A stretch of DNA of 64,000 bases from Candidatus Doudnabacteria bacterium (GTDB lineage: Bacteria > Patescibacteriota > Doudnabacteria > UBA920): assembly GCA_963768175.1 (NCBI GenBank), contig CAVYGQ010000001.1:254305-318304 (forward strand), in the 5' to 3' direction. The position numbers were made by a program, and so were the translations under genes. The notes under the pieces are model-generated. The model searched no databases, was not told the origin of the DNA, and saw only the letters and a program-made list of their open reading frames with translations. How positions within the stretch are numbered: position 1 is the first letter of the stretch; every line of letters starts with the position of its first letter. Positions 20,756 to 30,951 of the stretch are shown here, one piece after another.

Positions 20756-20920
20756 ATTTTTCACCCTGAGCCTATTGAACGGGTTAAGAATTTGGATATC
20801 TAGTTTTTTTACCCTAAGCTTGCTGGTGGATAAAAAATCTACCCATTTAAGCACTTATTATATACACTAAAAATCAATTATATAATTAACCACATATACT
20901 TGTGGAGAAATTTTAATAAA

Positions 20921-21568
20921 ATGTCCAATAAAGAATCTTTAACATCGGAAGAAATTGAAGAAAACAAGAAAAAAAGTGATCAGGAATTAATAGAAGGCGG
21001 GGCAAAAGAAGTAATTTCTAAAAAACCAGTTAACTGGATGGATCCGGATCAACCACTCCGTTTGGAAGTTACCAAATCCCAGCTTGAAAATATACGAAAC
21101 GAGATGAATCAAGACTTAAAAATAAAGGAAGGCCAAAAAAGAAAATTATTGCAAGAACAGGAAGATAAAAGAATACAAGAAGAACAAAAAATTACGGAAC
21201 AGAAAGCAGGTGAAACATTAAAAAAAATCGCAAGTTTTTTTGATAACCCGAGGCAAGCCTTGCAAATGTTAAAAGATCATTATCATACAGGTCAGGCCAT
21301 TACTTTAGATGACGGCCAAATGATTCCATTGGACTCATTCTTTAAATGGCATTTGGAAGCGCACAAAAAAAGGGCAGCTCAAAACTTAGCTGGCTTAGTT
21401 AGACTTTTAAAAATAGAGCTAAAAGGACACCTCCGTATACCCCGTAATAGTTCTGCTAGCCTTCCTAGAACTGCCGAGAAACCAAACTTGGACAGATACG
21501 ACAAAAGGATTGACATAGGTACCCTTGTTACTAAAAAATACAGAAAGATCAGACCAACCGATAAATAA
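20921..21568 (+). CDS. hypothetical coiled-coil protein
   Basis: AT-rich ORF with a charged helical sequence. Confidence 0.6.
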   Translation: MSNKESLTSEEIEENKKKSDQELIEGGAKEVISKKPVNWMDPDQPLRLEVTKSQLENIRNEMNQDLKIKEGQKRKLLQEQEDKRIQEEQKITEQKAGETLKKIASFFDNPRQALQMLKDHYHTGQAITLDDGQMIPLDSFFKWHLEAHKKRAAQNLAGLVRLLKIELKGHLRIPRNSSASLPRTAEKPNLDRYDKRIDIGTLVTKKYRKIRPTDK

Positions 21569-21593
21569 ATATATGAATTGGTTGGGTGTTGGG

Positions 21594-21622
21594 TTGACAC
21601 AAAAGCCAACCTCAAGTATCAT
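21594..21622 (+). promoter_or_regulatory. sigma70 promoter of greA
   Basis: TTGACA, 17 nt spacer, TATCAT. Confidence 0.65.
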
Positions 21623-21658
21623 ATACGCAGCTTATTAAATAATTGACGCTTCAAAGGC

Positions 21659-21708
21659 CAAGGGCCATCTTCGGCCGACGAATCTCCTAAGTCCGAGGAT
21701 GACCCTTG
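21659..21708. repeat. diverged GGGGCATC-family element in the greA leader
   Basis: caagggccatcttcgg...ccgaggatgacccttg. Its reverse complement matches the arms of the atpG and atpD elements. Confidence 0.75.
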
Positions 21709-21770
21709 GGCTACATGGCGTTTATATTCGCGTTGCAGTCTTCGCGCTTATTCTCGCCTCTACAAAATCA

Positions 21771-22232
21771 ATGTCCAAAAAATATTTGCTTACGCAAGAC
21801 GGTTTGCAAAAGCTAAACGACGAATTAAAGGAACTCATAAGCCAAAAACGGCCGGATGTGATAGAGCGCATTCGGGAGGCAGCCAGCCACGGCGACTTGT
21901 CGGAAAATGCCGATTACGCTCAAGCCCGGGAAGAACAGAGCTTTATTGAAGGCCGGGTTTTGGAAATTGAAGACATAATCAAAAACGCGGAAATCATTTC
22001 CACGAGCAGCCACGGCAGCACTGTAACCATCGGCTCAACGGTAACCGTAAAAATCAACGGCAGCGAAAAAAAATATACCATTGTCGGCAGTAACGAGGCC
22101 AACCCCAAGGAAGGCAAAATTTCCAACGAATCTTTGGTCGGCAAAGCGCTTTTAGGCCGCAAAGCCCGTGAGAAATTTAAAATTTCCGCTCCAGCGGGAG
22201 AAATGGATTATGAGATAATTTTTATCGAGTAA
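21771..22232 (+). CDS. greA: transcription elongation factor GreA
   Basis: HGDLSENADY and ISNESLVGKALLG motifs. Confidence 0.96.
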   Translation: MSKKYLLTQDGLQKLNDELKELISQKRPDVIERIREAASHGDLSENADYAQAREEQSFIEGRVLEIEDIIKNAEIISTSSHGSTVTIGSTVTVKINGSEKKYTIVGSNEANPKEGKISNESLVGKALLGRKAREKFKISAPAGEMDYEIIFIE

Positions 22233-22417
22233 CCGCCGATTTTAGCAGTGGATTAATATGGCGATGCGCCACTAAACCGCCTTTTTTGCTTAAGGGGGCG
22301 GTTTTTGTTATAATCAAAATAACTTATAAGTTATTTTGTCCCGAGCGTAGCGAGGGATCTCTCAAAATTGAAGCATAGAGATTCTTCACTTCGTTCGGAA
22401 TGACGCCAATAAAACCT

Positions 22418-23881
22418 ATGTCCGAACGTTTTGAAGATATCCTAGCCGCGAGGCGGAAAAAATTGGAAGAAATCAAAAAAGCCGGGATAGACCCATACCC
22501 GCCTTTTACGTCGCGCACCCACACCAACAAACAGGCGGTGGATAATTTTGACGAGCTTGAAGGCAAAAAAATTACCGTAGTCGGCCGCATCCGCAGCTGG
22601 CGCGATATGGGCAAAATCACGTTCGCGCAAATTGAAGACGGCACCGGAAAAATCCAAATTTTATTCAAGCAAGAGTCGGTTGGAGCCGATAATTACCAAT
22701 TTATAATAAACAACACCGACATTGGAGACTTTATTGAGGCCACGGGTACGCTGTTTAAAACAAAAACCGGCGAAAAAACCATACAAGCCACAAGCTACAA
22801 GCTACTGGCTAAATCCCTCCGCCCCTTGCCCGACCAGCATTCCGGTTTGGCTGATGAAGAAATCAAATTACGGAAACGCTATTTGGACATTCTAATGGAC
22901 CCTTCCACAAAGGAAATTTTTGTTAAAAAGAACAAATTTTGGTCTTCCATGCGTGAATTTCTGGTAAAGAAAGGGTTTTTGGAGCTGGAAATGCCTGTTT
23001 TGGAAACCGTGCCGGGGGGAGCCGAGGCAGAACCCTTTATTACCCACCACAATGCCTTAGGCCGCGATTTTTATCTTAGAATAAGTCTGGAACTGCCGCT
23101 AAAAAAAATGCTGGTGGCGGGTTTGGAAAAAGTTTTTGAAATCGGCAGGATTTTTAGGAACGAGGGTATCTCCCCGGAACATTTACAGGACTACACCCAA
23201 ATGGAATTTTACTGGGCTTACGGCGATTTTGAAAAGTTAATGGATTTTTTGCAGGAGATGTACCAGTATGTTATAGAGCAAACTTTCGGCACGCTTAAAA
23301 TCACAAGTGGCGAAACAGAAGTCAATTGGAGCGGAAGCTGGGACAAGTACAATTACATTGATCTTTTTAAAAAGCATACGGGCTTGGACTTAATGGATTG
23401 TTCCGATGGTGAGCTGAAAAAATTTGCCGATAAAAACCATATTACTTACGAAAACTTTGCCCGCAGGGGACGGTTCATAGATTTAATTTTTAAAAAGAAA
23501 GTCCGAGCGAACATTAAAACCAATAAACCCGCCTTTTTAATCAACCAGCCTTTAGAGCTGGAGCCTTTGGCTAAGCGCGATCCCAAAAATCCCAAAATTG
23601 TCCAAAGGCTGCAAATTTTAGCCTACGGTACGGAGCTTGGCAAAGGTTTTGGGGAGCTTAACGATCCCGTAGACCAACGTTCACGCTTTGAAGAGCAAAT
23701 GAAGCTTAGGGCTGCCGGCGACAGCGAAGCCCAAATGCTGGATGAAGACTACGTAGAAGCCATGGAATACGGCATGCCTCCAGCCGCGGGTTTTGGCGTA
23801 AGCGAAAGACTATTTAGCGTACTAATGGGCAAATCTATCCGCGAAACCATAATTTTTCCGCCGATGAAATCAGAAAAATGA
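22418..23881 (+). CDS. lysS: lysine--tRNA ligase (class II)
   Basis: OB-fold N-terminus, GGAEAEPFITHH, EIGRIFRNEG and YGMPPAAGFG. Confidence 0.97.
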   Translation: MSERFEDILAARRKKLEEIKKAGIDPYPPFTSRTHTNKQAVDNFDELEGKKITVVGRIRSWRDMGKITFAQIEDGTGKIQILFKQESVGADNYQFIINNTDIGDFIEATGTLFKTKTGEKTIQATSYKLLAKSLRPLPDQHSGLADEEIKLRKRYLDILMDPSTKEIFVKKNKFWSSMREFLVKKGFLELEMPVLETVPGGAEAEPFITHHNALGRDFYLRISLELPLKKMLVAGLEKVFEIGRIFRNEGISPEHLQDYTQMEFYWAYGDFEKLMDFLQEMYQYVIEQTFGTLKITSGETEVNWSGSWDKYNYIDLFKKHTGLDLMDCSDGELKKFADKNHITYENFARRGRFIDLIFKKKVRANIKTNKPAFLINQPLELEPLAKRDPKNPKIVQRLQILAYGTELGKGFGELNDPVDQRSRFEEQMKLRAAGDSEAQMLDEDYVEAMEYGMPPAAGFGVSERLFSVLMGKSIRETIIFPPMKSEK

Positions 23882-23949
23882 CGCCAATGCCTGGCGTCAT
23901 CCCTGAATCAAGTTCAGGGCAGGCTCTGAGCGTAGCGAAGGATCTCTTT

Positions 23950-24708
23950 ATGGATGTTAGGTCAAAATATTTTGAAGCTGACGGAATAAAACTGCACTAC
24001 CTGATCCTAGGACAGGGAAGACCATTGCTATTCTTACATGGTGTCGGGGTTTCAACGCTTTCTTATCGCCATGTTTTAGATTTACTGGCTTCAAAATTTA
24101 CGGTTTATGCCCCAGATATTCCTGGCTTCGGCAAATCCAGCGTTCCACAAACCATTTGGAGTTATGAAGATTACGCAGAATTTTTAAATAAGTTTGCCGC
24201 GGACTTAAAATTACAAAATCTGATTCTGGTTGGCCATTCCTTTGGCGGAGAGATCGCGCTGCGCATGGCAAAAAAAAATGCGGAAATTTCTAAATTGGTT
24301 TTAATTGCCGCAACCGGAAGTCCGGTTATCCACTCCATCCCAAAACTTCTTTATATCATTCTGTTTAAGAAACATAGGACTAATCTCAAAGCTTATCAAG
24401 ACCCGCAAAGATTACATCTAATCCGGAATGATTATTTAAGCAATATCTGGCGAAAATTTAGCCAATCAATCACCCTAGCCAGAATAATTTTAAGATCAAT
24501 TTATTCGTCTGTAATTTTGGAAGAAAAATTGCCCACCGAAACCTTGATTTTGTGGAGTGAAAAAGATGAAATATTAGACTATGAATCTATTAATAAATTA
24601 AGCCAAAAACTTGGTCCGCATACTATAAGAAAACTCGATGAACATCATGACTGGCTGTTATTCAAACCAGAACTTTTAATGGAAGAATTGGATAAGCTTG
24701 GATTATAA
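23950..24708 (+). CDS. alpha/beta hydrolase
   Basis: FLHGVG, PDIPGFGKS and the GHSFGG nucleophile elbow. Confidence 0.9.
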   Translation: MDVRSKYFEADGIKLHYLILGQGRPLLFLHGVGVSTLSYRHVLDLLASKFTVYAPDIPGFGKSSVPQTIWSYEDYAEFLNKFAADLKLQNLILVGHSFGGEIALRMAKKNAEISKLVLIAATGSPVIHSIPKLLYIILFKKHRTNLKAYQDPQRLHLIRNDYLSNIWRKFSQSITLARIILRSIYSSVILEEKLPTETLILWSEKDEILDYESINKLSQKLGPHTIRKLDEHHDWLLFKPELLMEELDKLGL

Positions 24709-24720
24709 AATTATCACATT

Positions 24721-25143
24721 ATGGCGCAAAAACAAATTACCATAGTTGCTGCAATAATCAGGAATGAAAAAGGAGAAGTGCTTTTGGCCAAAAGAAACCA
24801 GCCTGAAACTACCGAAATCCACGGCAAGTGGGAATTCGTGGGAGGAGGCGTGGATTTTGGCGAGGATCCGGTAGCTTCGTTAAAAAGGGAGGTTTTGGAA
24901 GAAATCGGGGTTGAGGTGGAAGTACTCAGGTTATTACCAAAAGTTATCAGCGACATCCAAAAATACGATAACGGCAATAGGCTTCAGGTTTTGGTGCTGT
25001 CGTACGAATGCAAAATAATTTCCGGCATCCCGAAACCCACAGATGCGGAAATAGGGCAAGTAAAATTTTTTTCTTTGGAAGAAATTAAAAACCTGGATGC
25101 TTTCCAAAATATTTATGAAACAATCAGCCTTCTTCAATCATAA
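24721..25143 (+). CDS. NUDIX hydrolase
   Basis: GGGVDFGEDPVASLKREVLEEIG Nudix box. Confidence 0.93.
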   Translation: MAQKQITIVAAIIRNEKGEVLLAKRNQPETTEIHGKWEFVGGGVDFGEDPVASLKREVLEEIGVEVEVLRLLPKVISDIQKYDNGNRLQVLVLSYECKIISGIPKPTDAEIGQVKFFSLEEIKNLDAFQNIYETISLLQS

Positions 25144-25166
25144 TTTTCAATTTTTAATTTTATCAT

Positions 25167-26519
25167 ATGCTGGACATAAAATTTATCCGCGATAACGCGG
25201 ACAAAGTTAAAGAAGCGGTAAAAAATAAACGCATAGATTTAAGCGTGGACCAGCTTTTGGATTTAGACACCAAGCGCCGTGATTTAATCACGGAACTCGA
25301 AAGCCTGCAGGCGGCAAAAAACCAGGCCTCCAAAGAAATCCCGAAACTTTCGGCCAAAGACAAAAAAATCAAACTTTTGGAAATGAAGGAGGTTGACACA
25401 AAGACAGGGGAGTTAAAAACTCGGCTAAAAGATGTTTGGCAGGAATATGAGAACCTGATGTATCTGGTACCCAATATTCCCAGCCAAGAAACGCCAATCG
25501 GAGCGGATCCTTCCGGCAATGTGCCGTGGCGCTATTGGAACTTGTCCCTAGGAATCGTTGACCCGACAAAGGACAAGGACAAAGCCAAAGAAATTCCGCC
25601 CAAATTCGATTTTGAAATTAAAGACCATCTGGCTCTAGGAAAAAGTTTAGATTTACTTGACACCGAAGCCGGAGTAAAAACTTCAGGCTTCCGCGGCTAT
25701 TATTTAAAGAACGAAGCGGTGTTGATGCAATACGGCCTGATTTGGCTGGCGCTGAAAAAGATGCAAGAAAAGGGTTTTACGCTGATGGTACCGCCTATGT
25801 TGGATAAGCCTTTCGCTTTTTACGGCAGCGGCCATTTCCCAGTCGGCAAGGCAGACCAATACCGCGTGCTGGACGGCGAAGAATTGGAAAAAGTCCAAAC
25901 AGGCACGGCCACGGAAGAAATTTATTTGGCCGGAACATCGGAGCCGGCGCTTTTGGCATATTACGCCGACAAAACTTTGGAGGAAAAAGATTTACCAATA
26001 AAAATTTGCGGCGTCAGCCCATGCTTTCGGGGAGAAATCGGCAGTTACGGCAAAGATACCAAGGGCATTTACCGCGTCCATGAATTTATGAAGGTTGAGC
26101 AGGTGGTCTTATGTAAAGCGGATATTATTGAAAGCGACAAGTGGCTGGAAAGTATGCGCGAGATTGCGGAAAGCCTGCTACAGGATTTGAAGTTGCCGTA
26201 TCGCGTAGTGAACATTTGCACCGCCGATATGGGCGCGGGTAAATACAAAATGTACGACATAGAAACCTGGATGCCCAGCCGCAAGGACTTTGGGGAAACG
26301 CATTCCGATTCCAACCTGACCGACTGGCAGGCGCGCCGGCTGAACATAAAATACAAAGCCACAGACGGCAAAACCAAATTTGTCTATACTTTAAACAACA
26401 CGGTTATCGCCAGCCCGCGCATTCTAATCGCCATTTTGGAAAATTATCAGCAAAAAGACGGCTCCATTATTGTGCCGGAAGTTTTAAGGCCGTATGTGGG
26501 GAAAGAGGTTATAAAATAA
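25167..26519 (+). CDS. serS: serine--tRNA ligase
   Basis: MLDIKFIR, LAGTSE, GIYRVHEFMKVEQ and TLNNTVIASPR motifs. Confidence 0.97.
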   Translation: MLDIKFIRDNADKVKEAVKNKRIDLSVDQLLDLDTKRRDLITELESLQAAKNQASKEIPKLSAKDKKIKLLEMKEVDTKTGELKTRLKDVWQEYENLMYLVPNIPSQETPIGADPSGNVPWRYWNLSLGIVDPTKDKDKAKEIPPKFDFEIKDHLALGKSLDLLDTEAGVKTSGFRGYYLKNEAVLMQYGLIWLALKKMQEKGFTLMVPPMLDKPFAFYGSGHFPVGKADQYRVLDGEELEKVQTGTATEEIYLAGTSEPALLAYYADKTLEEKDLPIKICGVSPCFRGEIGSYGKDTKGIYRVHEFMKVEQVVLCKADIIESDKWLESMREIAESLLQDLKLPYRVVNICTADMGAGKYKMYDIETWMPSRKDFGETHSDSNLTDWQARRLNIKYKATDGKTKFVYTLNNTVIASPRILIAILENYQQKDGSIIVPEVLRPYVGKEVIK

Positions 26520-26661
26520 CACGGATTTACGGATCGGATTCGGATCTACAGATGTCTACTGATTCTAAATTGCGACGATTTGGTTAAATCTTCACGAACG
26601 GTGTTTTGCTTCATCCGTAGACATCCGTAGATCCGCATTTAATCAGTAGATCCGTGTTAAA

Positions 26662-27627
26662 ATGTTCAATAAAAACAAAAGAAAAATTGACTCCCGCATC
26701 CGTTTCCAAAACAGCCGGTTTAAGCAACGTCTGCGGGAGGCCCGCGGGTATAAAAGGCCCGTACGCAGCAGGCCTCTGGGAGCCGGCGAAATTTTTCTTT
26801 TTAAAATCGGTTTAGGTTCGTGGTTTTCAAGGCTCATTACTTTGCTTGTCTTTTTGCTTTTAATATATTTGGTATTTATACCAAATGTTTTTTTTGTTAA
26901 ACATATTATTATTAACGATACACATACCGACGATAAACCAACTATCGAAACATTGGTTAATTCCTACTTGTCAAAAAAACTTCCCTGGCCGCAAAAAAAT
27001 TTGGTTTTGCTTTCCAAAGCCGGACTCAAAAATTTTTTGCTGGAAAACGACCAAAAAATTCTGAACATAAACAGCATTAACAAAAGATTCCCGTCAACTT
27101 TGGTTTTAGACATAACCCCAAGAGTTGACCAATTTGTTATTCAAACCGCCAGCTCAACCGGCTTTTCGGTTTCAGGAGACGGTTTAATAACAAGCGAGGT
27201 GTCCTTAAACGCTTCCGGTACCTTGCCAAACGGCCTGACTTCCATTAAACTGGACAACAGCGAAGGTTTAATTATTGGTCATCAAGCCTTTAGCCAAACA
27301 GAGGTTGATTTTTTAAACCAAATGCAAACACAGCTGGCGGGGATTGCGAAATTGCCCGTAGCCTACTATGAACTTTCCGGGCTTCAAATACCTGATCTTA
27401 CCGTTTATTTTAAAAACGGCTTTAAGATAATGCTCAGCCTGGATTCAGATGTTGCGCAAACCTTAGGCCATTTAAAGCTGCTGTTTTCCCAGTTTGCCGA
27501 TTCCGATATCAACAAATTATTTTACATTGATATGCGATTTGGTAATAACGGATACGTTTGCTATAAGGGTACCGCCTGCGTGCAGGACATAAACCTTCCG
27601 GCGTCCAGCACCACGCCTGCTAATTAA
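26662..27627 (+). CDS. FtsQ/DivIB-like cell division protein
   Basis: Basic N-terminus, a single TM helix, POTRA-like INKRFPSTLVL and C-terminal YIDMRF. Confidence 0.6.
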   Translation: MFNKNKRKIDSRIRFQNSRFKQRLREARGYKRPVRSRPLGAGEIFLFKIGLGSWFSRLITLLVFLLLIYLVFIPNVFFVKHIIINDTHTDDKPTIETLVNSYLSKKLPWPQKNLVLLSKAGLKNFLLENDQKILNINSINKRFPSTLVLDITPRVDQFVIQTASSTGFSVSGDGLITSEVSLNASGTLPNGLTSIKLDNSEGLIIGHQAFSQTEVDFLNQMQTQLAGIAKLPVAYYELSGLQIPDLTVYFKNGFKIMLSLDSDVAQTLGHLKLLFSQFADSDINKLFYIDMRFGNNGYVCYKGTACVQDINLPASSTTPAN

Positions 27628-27641
27628 AACTATCCAGCGCG

Positions 27642-27751
27642 CTTGAAGACTGTCTTCTGGAAAAGAAAATTTATTGTTTAATTGGTAACTTTAAAAAACC
27701 AATATACGATTAAATGACAAAGCGCTTGCATCCCAGAAGACAGTCTTCAAG
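27642..27751. repeat. TIR element with 19-bp perfect inverted ends
   Basis: cttgaagactgtcttctgg ... ccagaagacagtcttcaag around an AT-rich core. Confidence 0.8.
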
Positions 27752-27784
27752 GGGTTGAGCATCTAACACTAACTACTGATACTT

Positions 27785-28471
27785 ATGCAACGAAAAAAAC
27801 TTTTTGTAATTTCCTTGGGCGGATCGCTAATAAACCCCGGTCAAGTGGACACGGCATTTCTAAAAAATTTCCGCCAGCTGATGATTAGCCAAGCAAAAAA
27901 AGGAAATCGCTTTGTTTTAATTACCGGCGGGGGAACCTTGTGCCGGCATTACCAAAACGCTCTAAGCGGCATCGGCAAACCCGCGAACAGCGATCTGGAC
28001 TGGCTCGGCATCTACACAACGCGCCTTAATGCGCAACTAGCACGTTTAAGTTTTGGCAAATTGGCCCATCCTGTCGTGGTTGAAGACCCGAATAAAAAAG
28101 TAAATTTTAAAGAAAAAATTTTGGTCGCCGGGGGCTGGATGCCGGGACGGAGCACGGACGACGACGCCGTAAGGCTGGCCCATATTTACGGTGCCAAAAC
28201 CGTAATTAATTTAAGCAACATAGATTACGTCTATACCAAAGATCCCCGCAAATTTAAAGACGCCAAAAAGATTAAGTTAGCCTCCTGGCCGGAATTCCGT
28301 AAAATTGTGGGGAGCCGTTGGAATCCGGGAAAAAACGCGCCGTTTGACCCCACTGCAGCCAAATTAGCACAGAAAAATAAGTTAAAAATAATTATTGCCA
28401 ATGGGAAAAACTTGAAGAATCTAAAAGATATTTTGGAAGGCAAAAAGTTTAAGGGAACAATAATTAAATAA
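27785..28471 (+). CDS. pyrH: UMP kinase (archaeal-like short type)
   Basis: ISLGGS, ITGGG, PGRSTD, DYVYTKDP and APFDP motifs. Confidence 0.92.
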   Translation: MQRKKLFVISLGGSLINPGQVDTAFLKNFRQLMISQAKKGNRFVLITGGGTLCRHYQNALSGIGKPANSDLDWLGIYTTRLNAQLARLSFGKLAHPVVVEDPNKKVNFKEKILVAGGWMPGRSTDDDAVRLAHIYGAKTVINLSNIDYVYTKDPRKFKDAKKIKLASWPEFRKIVGSRWNPGKNAPFDPTAAKLAQKNKLKIIIANGKNLKNLKDILEGKKFKGTIIK

Positions 28472-28570
28472 CGATGGCAAAATTACAAAGATACTCTTTG
28501 CGCAGCGCAAAGAGTATCTTTGTTTTTTAGATCCCTCGCTACGCTCGGGGTGAATTAATTTTTAACAAAA

Positions 28571-30208
28571 TTAATTCACCTTATATTCCGTCACATAAAT
28601 ATTGGTACCGACCCAAGGCCGGACATCGGGGAAGTCCCTCTTATCGACGGATGTCCAGTTGAGGGGCACTTGAGGCCCGTCGGGGTCAGACCCAAAAGCA
28701 TCAGTCCACAAAAGCCAGACTGTGTCTCCTGTATGCACGGCGTCCGAAAAACTTGGGAGCAAATCCTGATTGGTCAGCAGGGCTATGCCTTCCACATGCG
28801 AAATTTGGCTTATGTCGCCGCGCCCTCCGGTAAACAACAGAGGCTGCACGCCCTTGGGCAGGGGGTAATAGGTATAATCGTAATATTTGTAGTTAAAAAA
28901 TTCAAAACTACTGCCAACAAAAACATGGTCGTTTTCCGCGACTACGGAATGCAAAAAAATGGCCGCGCCGTTCATGCCAGGGTTTTTTGCAATGTCCAAC
29001 CCGTTCCAATAATGGAAAAACGCGCAAAAACTGAATAAACAGTAAGCGGTAAATAAAACTACAGATAGCCATTTTATGCGAATTTCGGAGAGCCAGGCGG
29101 CCAGGGCGACAATAAAAAATGTGCTGGAAAATAAAAAGTAGCGCTCTTCGTAAACCGAAACCGTGCTGCCTTTCAAGCGCGCCAACAAAACAAATAAAAT
29201 TGCACCGCCGAACGGGGCTATGGTCGCCAAAACCACCAGCCATTTTTCAAAATACTGGGTCTTGCGCAAAAACTGCCAAAAGAAAAAGATACAAAACAAA
29301 AATACAACCACTAGCATTTTTAAAGTAAAAGAATTGCTGTTGTCGTGCCCGATGCCCAAGAGCATAGCCCACAAAGTTCCGGGGATGCTCCAAATATCCA
29401 TTGGCGGAATCCAGTAGCCGGCAGAAACTTGCTTGTATTGGAAAATGAACTGTCTCAGCCAGGGGAGAAAAAATATAACTATCACAAGATACGACAGTAA
29501 TAACTCCCAGTAGCGCTTATAATTTGAGCGGTAATGATAGATGTGGTACACCAGCGCGTAAAAGCACAGCGCGGCCGTGGTAAACAAAAGATAGTAATGG
29601 GTAAAATTCATAATGCCGGCGCAAACCGCAAACCACAAATAGTGCCAAAGATAGGATTTTTTTAAGCTGATGTCCTGCGGTAGATTAGGCATGTTCAGTT
29701 TTTTATCATCGTAAAACTGTTTTTGCTCCCTAAGAGCACGGACCAAAAAGTAAGCTCCCAAAACCGAGAAAAACGCGCCCATGGTATACATTCTGGCTTC
29801 GGTGACGTATTGCAACTGAAAAGTACTGATGGCAACCAGCAAAGCCGCCCACAGAGCCATTTTTTCGCTCCTGCGCCCCGTACCTGAGGCTGTAGCCGAA
29901 TGGTGCGGGGTAAAGACGTATTTTACAAAAAGCCAGGTTGCCCAAATCGTCAAAACACCAAATAAAATGGAAAAGCCCCGCAAAGACAAAAGTTTGTCGC
30001 CAAAAACATAATGCCAAACTTTTAAGAAAATATAATACATCGGCGGGTGCACGTCCAAAGCCAGCCTCCGAAACATTTCCGGCCAGCTGTAGCGGATCAT
30101 CAGCGCCGAAAAAGCCTCGTCGTGCCAAAGCGAAATGGAAGTATTGTGATAAAACCTTAAAGCAGTTCCTACTGCTAAAATTACGATTAACCAAAAATAT
30201 TTTTTCAT
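28571..30208 (-). CDS. GT-C fold glycosyltransferase (PMT_2/family 39-like)
   Basis: LWHDEAFS, DVHPPMYY and EARMY motifs. Multiple TM helices. Confidence 0.88.
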   Translation of the reverse strand: MKKYFWLIVILAVGTALRFYHNTSISLWHDEAFSALMIRYSWPEMFRRLALDVHPPMYYIFLKVWHYVFGDKLLSLRGFSILFGVLTIWATWLFVKYVFTPHHSATASGTGRRSEKMALWAALLVAISTFQLQYVTEARMYTMGAFFSVLGAYFLVRALREQKQFYDDKKLNMPNLPQDISLKKSYLWHYLWFAVCAGIMNFTHYYLLFTTAALCFYALVYHIYHYRSNYKRYWELLLSYLVIVIFFLPWLRQFIFQYKQVSAGYWIPPMDIWSIPGTLWAMLLGIGHDNSNSFTLKMLVVVFLFCIFFFWQFLRKTQYFEKWLVVLATIAPFGGAILFVLLARLKGSTVSVYEERYFLFSSTFFIVALAAWLSEIRIKWLSVVLFTAYCLFSFCAFFHYWNGLDIAKNPGMNGAAIFLHSVVAENDHVFVGSSFEFFNYKYYDYTYYPLPKGVQPLLFTGGRGDISQISHVEGIALLTNQDLLPSFSDAVHTGDTVWLLWTDAFGSDPDGPQVPLNWTSVDKRDFPDVRPWVGTNIYVTEYKVN

Positions 30209-30285
30209 AGATTCTTCATTATTTTTCTCCCCAATTCATGGGGAGATGTCCCGCTTTTGGCGGGACAGAGAGGTTAAATCTAAAG

Positions 30286-30928
30286 TTAATTTGTAAATTT
30301 AAAAGAGGAAACGATTTTATTAAAAATGTTCACAGTATATGTATCAGAATCATCTTCAATCTCTAAATAATAAACCTTACCGTTATTTTCTATGAGTAAT
30401 TGATCTGAAGTAGTAACACCTGGCCAATAAACCATGTAAGCTTTTAGTCCACCCAAAGTACCAATAGAATAACTAGCCATAATTTCTGGATCTTTAGTAA
30501 TCTTTACCAGCCAATCTTCCAAGTTAGAAGCTTTTTCTTGGAAAAATAGTTGAGAAGGGTTTTCATAAATTCCTACACGAACAAGACCTTCATACAGTCC
30601 TGCATTATAATTTGTTGTATAAACCATCATCTCTGAATGTAATGGCGACCCTGAAACTGAAAAAGGATCAATATTCCAATCAGACGGATAATCCAAACTA
30701 AACCCATACTGGCTATTTGTATATGTTTTCCACCCATTGACTGCACTCGGGGACGATGACCCGCTGACATTGGTCTGCGATCTGGATTACTGATGAAGCA
30801 CCGGGTTTGGCCTGGTGATGAACAATAACCGGCCCCAAATCCGGTGCGGGTTGCTTTAAGTAGTAAAAAACACCGGCGCAAATTGTGGCGACTGCTAACA
30901 AAGTTAATGCCCAGTATTTTGGTTTCAT
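30286..30928 (-). pseudogene. secreted PsbP-like protein split by a +1 frameshift near 30781 (possibly a sequencing error)
   Basis: The signal-anchor ORF continues in another frame as SQTNVSGSSSPSAVNGWKTYTNSQYGFSLDYPSDW...IVSSFKF. Confidence 0.7.
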
Positions 30929-30951
30929 AAAATGTTAATTGTTAATTGTGA

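Noticed and set aside
22232-22417. T-box upstream of lysS (also checked before pheS, serS and cysS)
   Set aside because: Only a terminator and a palindromic element are present. No K-turn/specifier stem or bulged antiterminator was seen.
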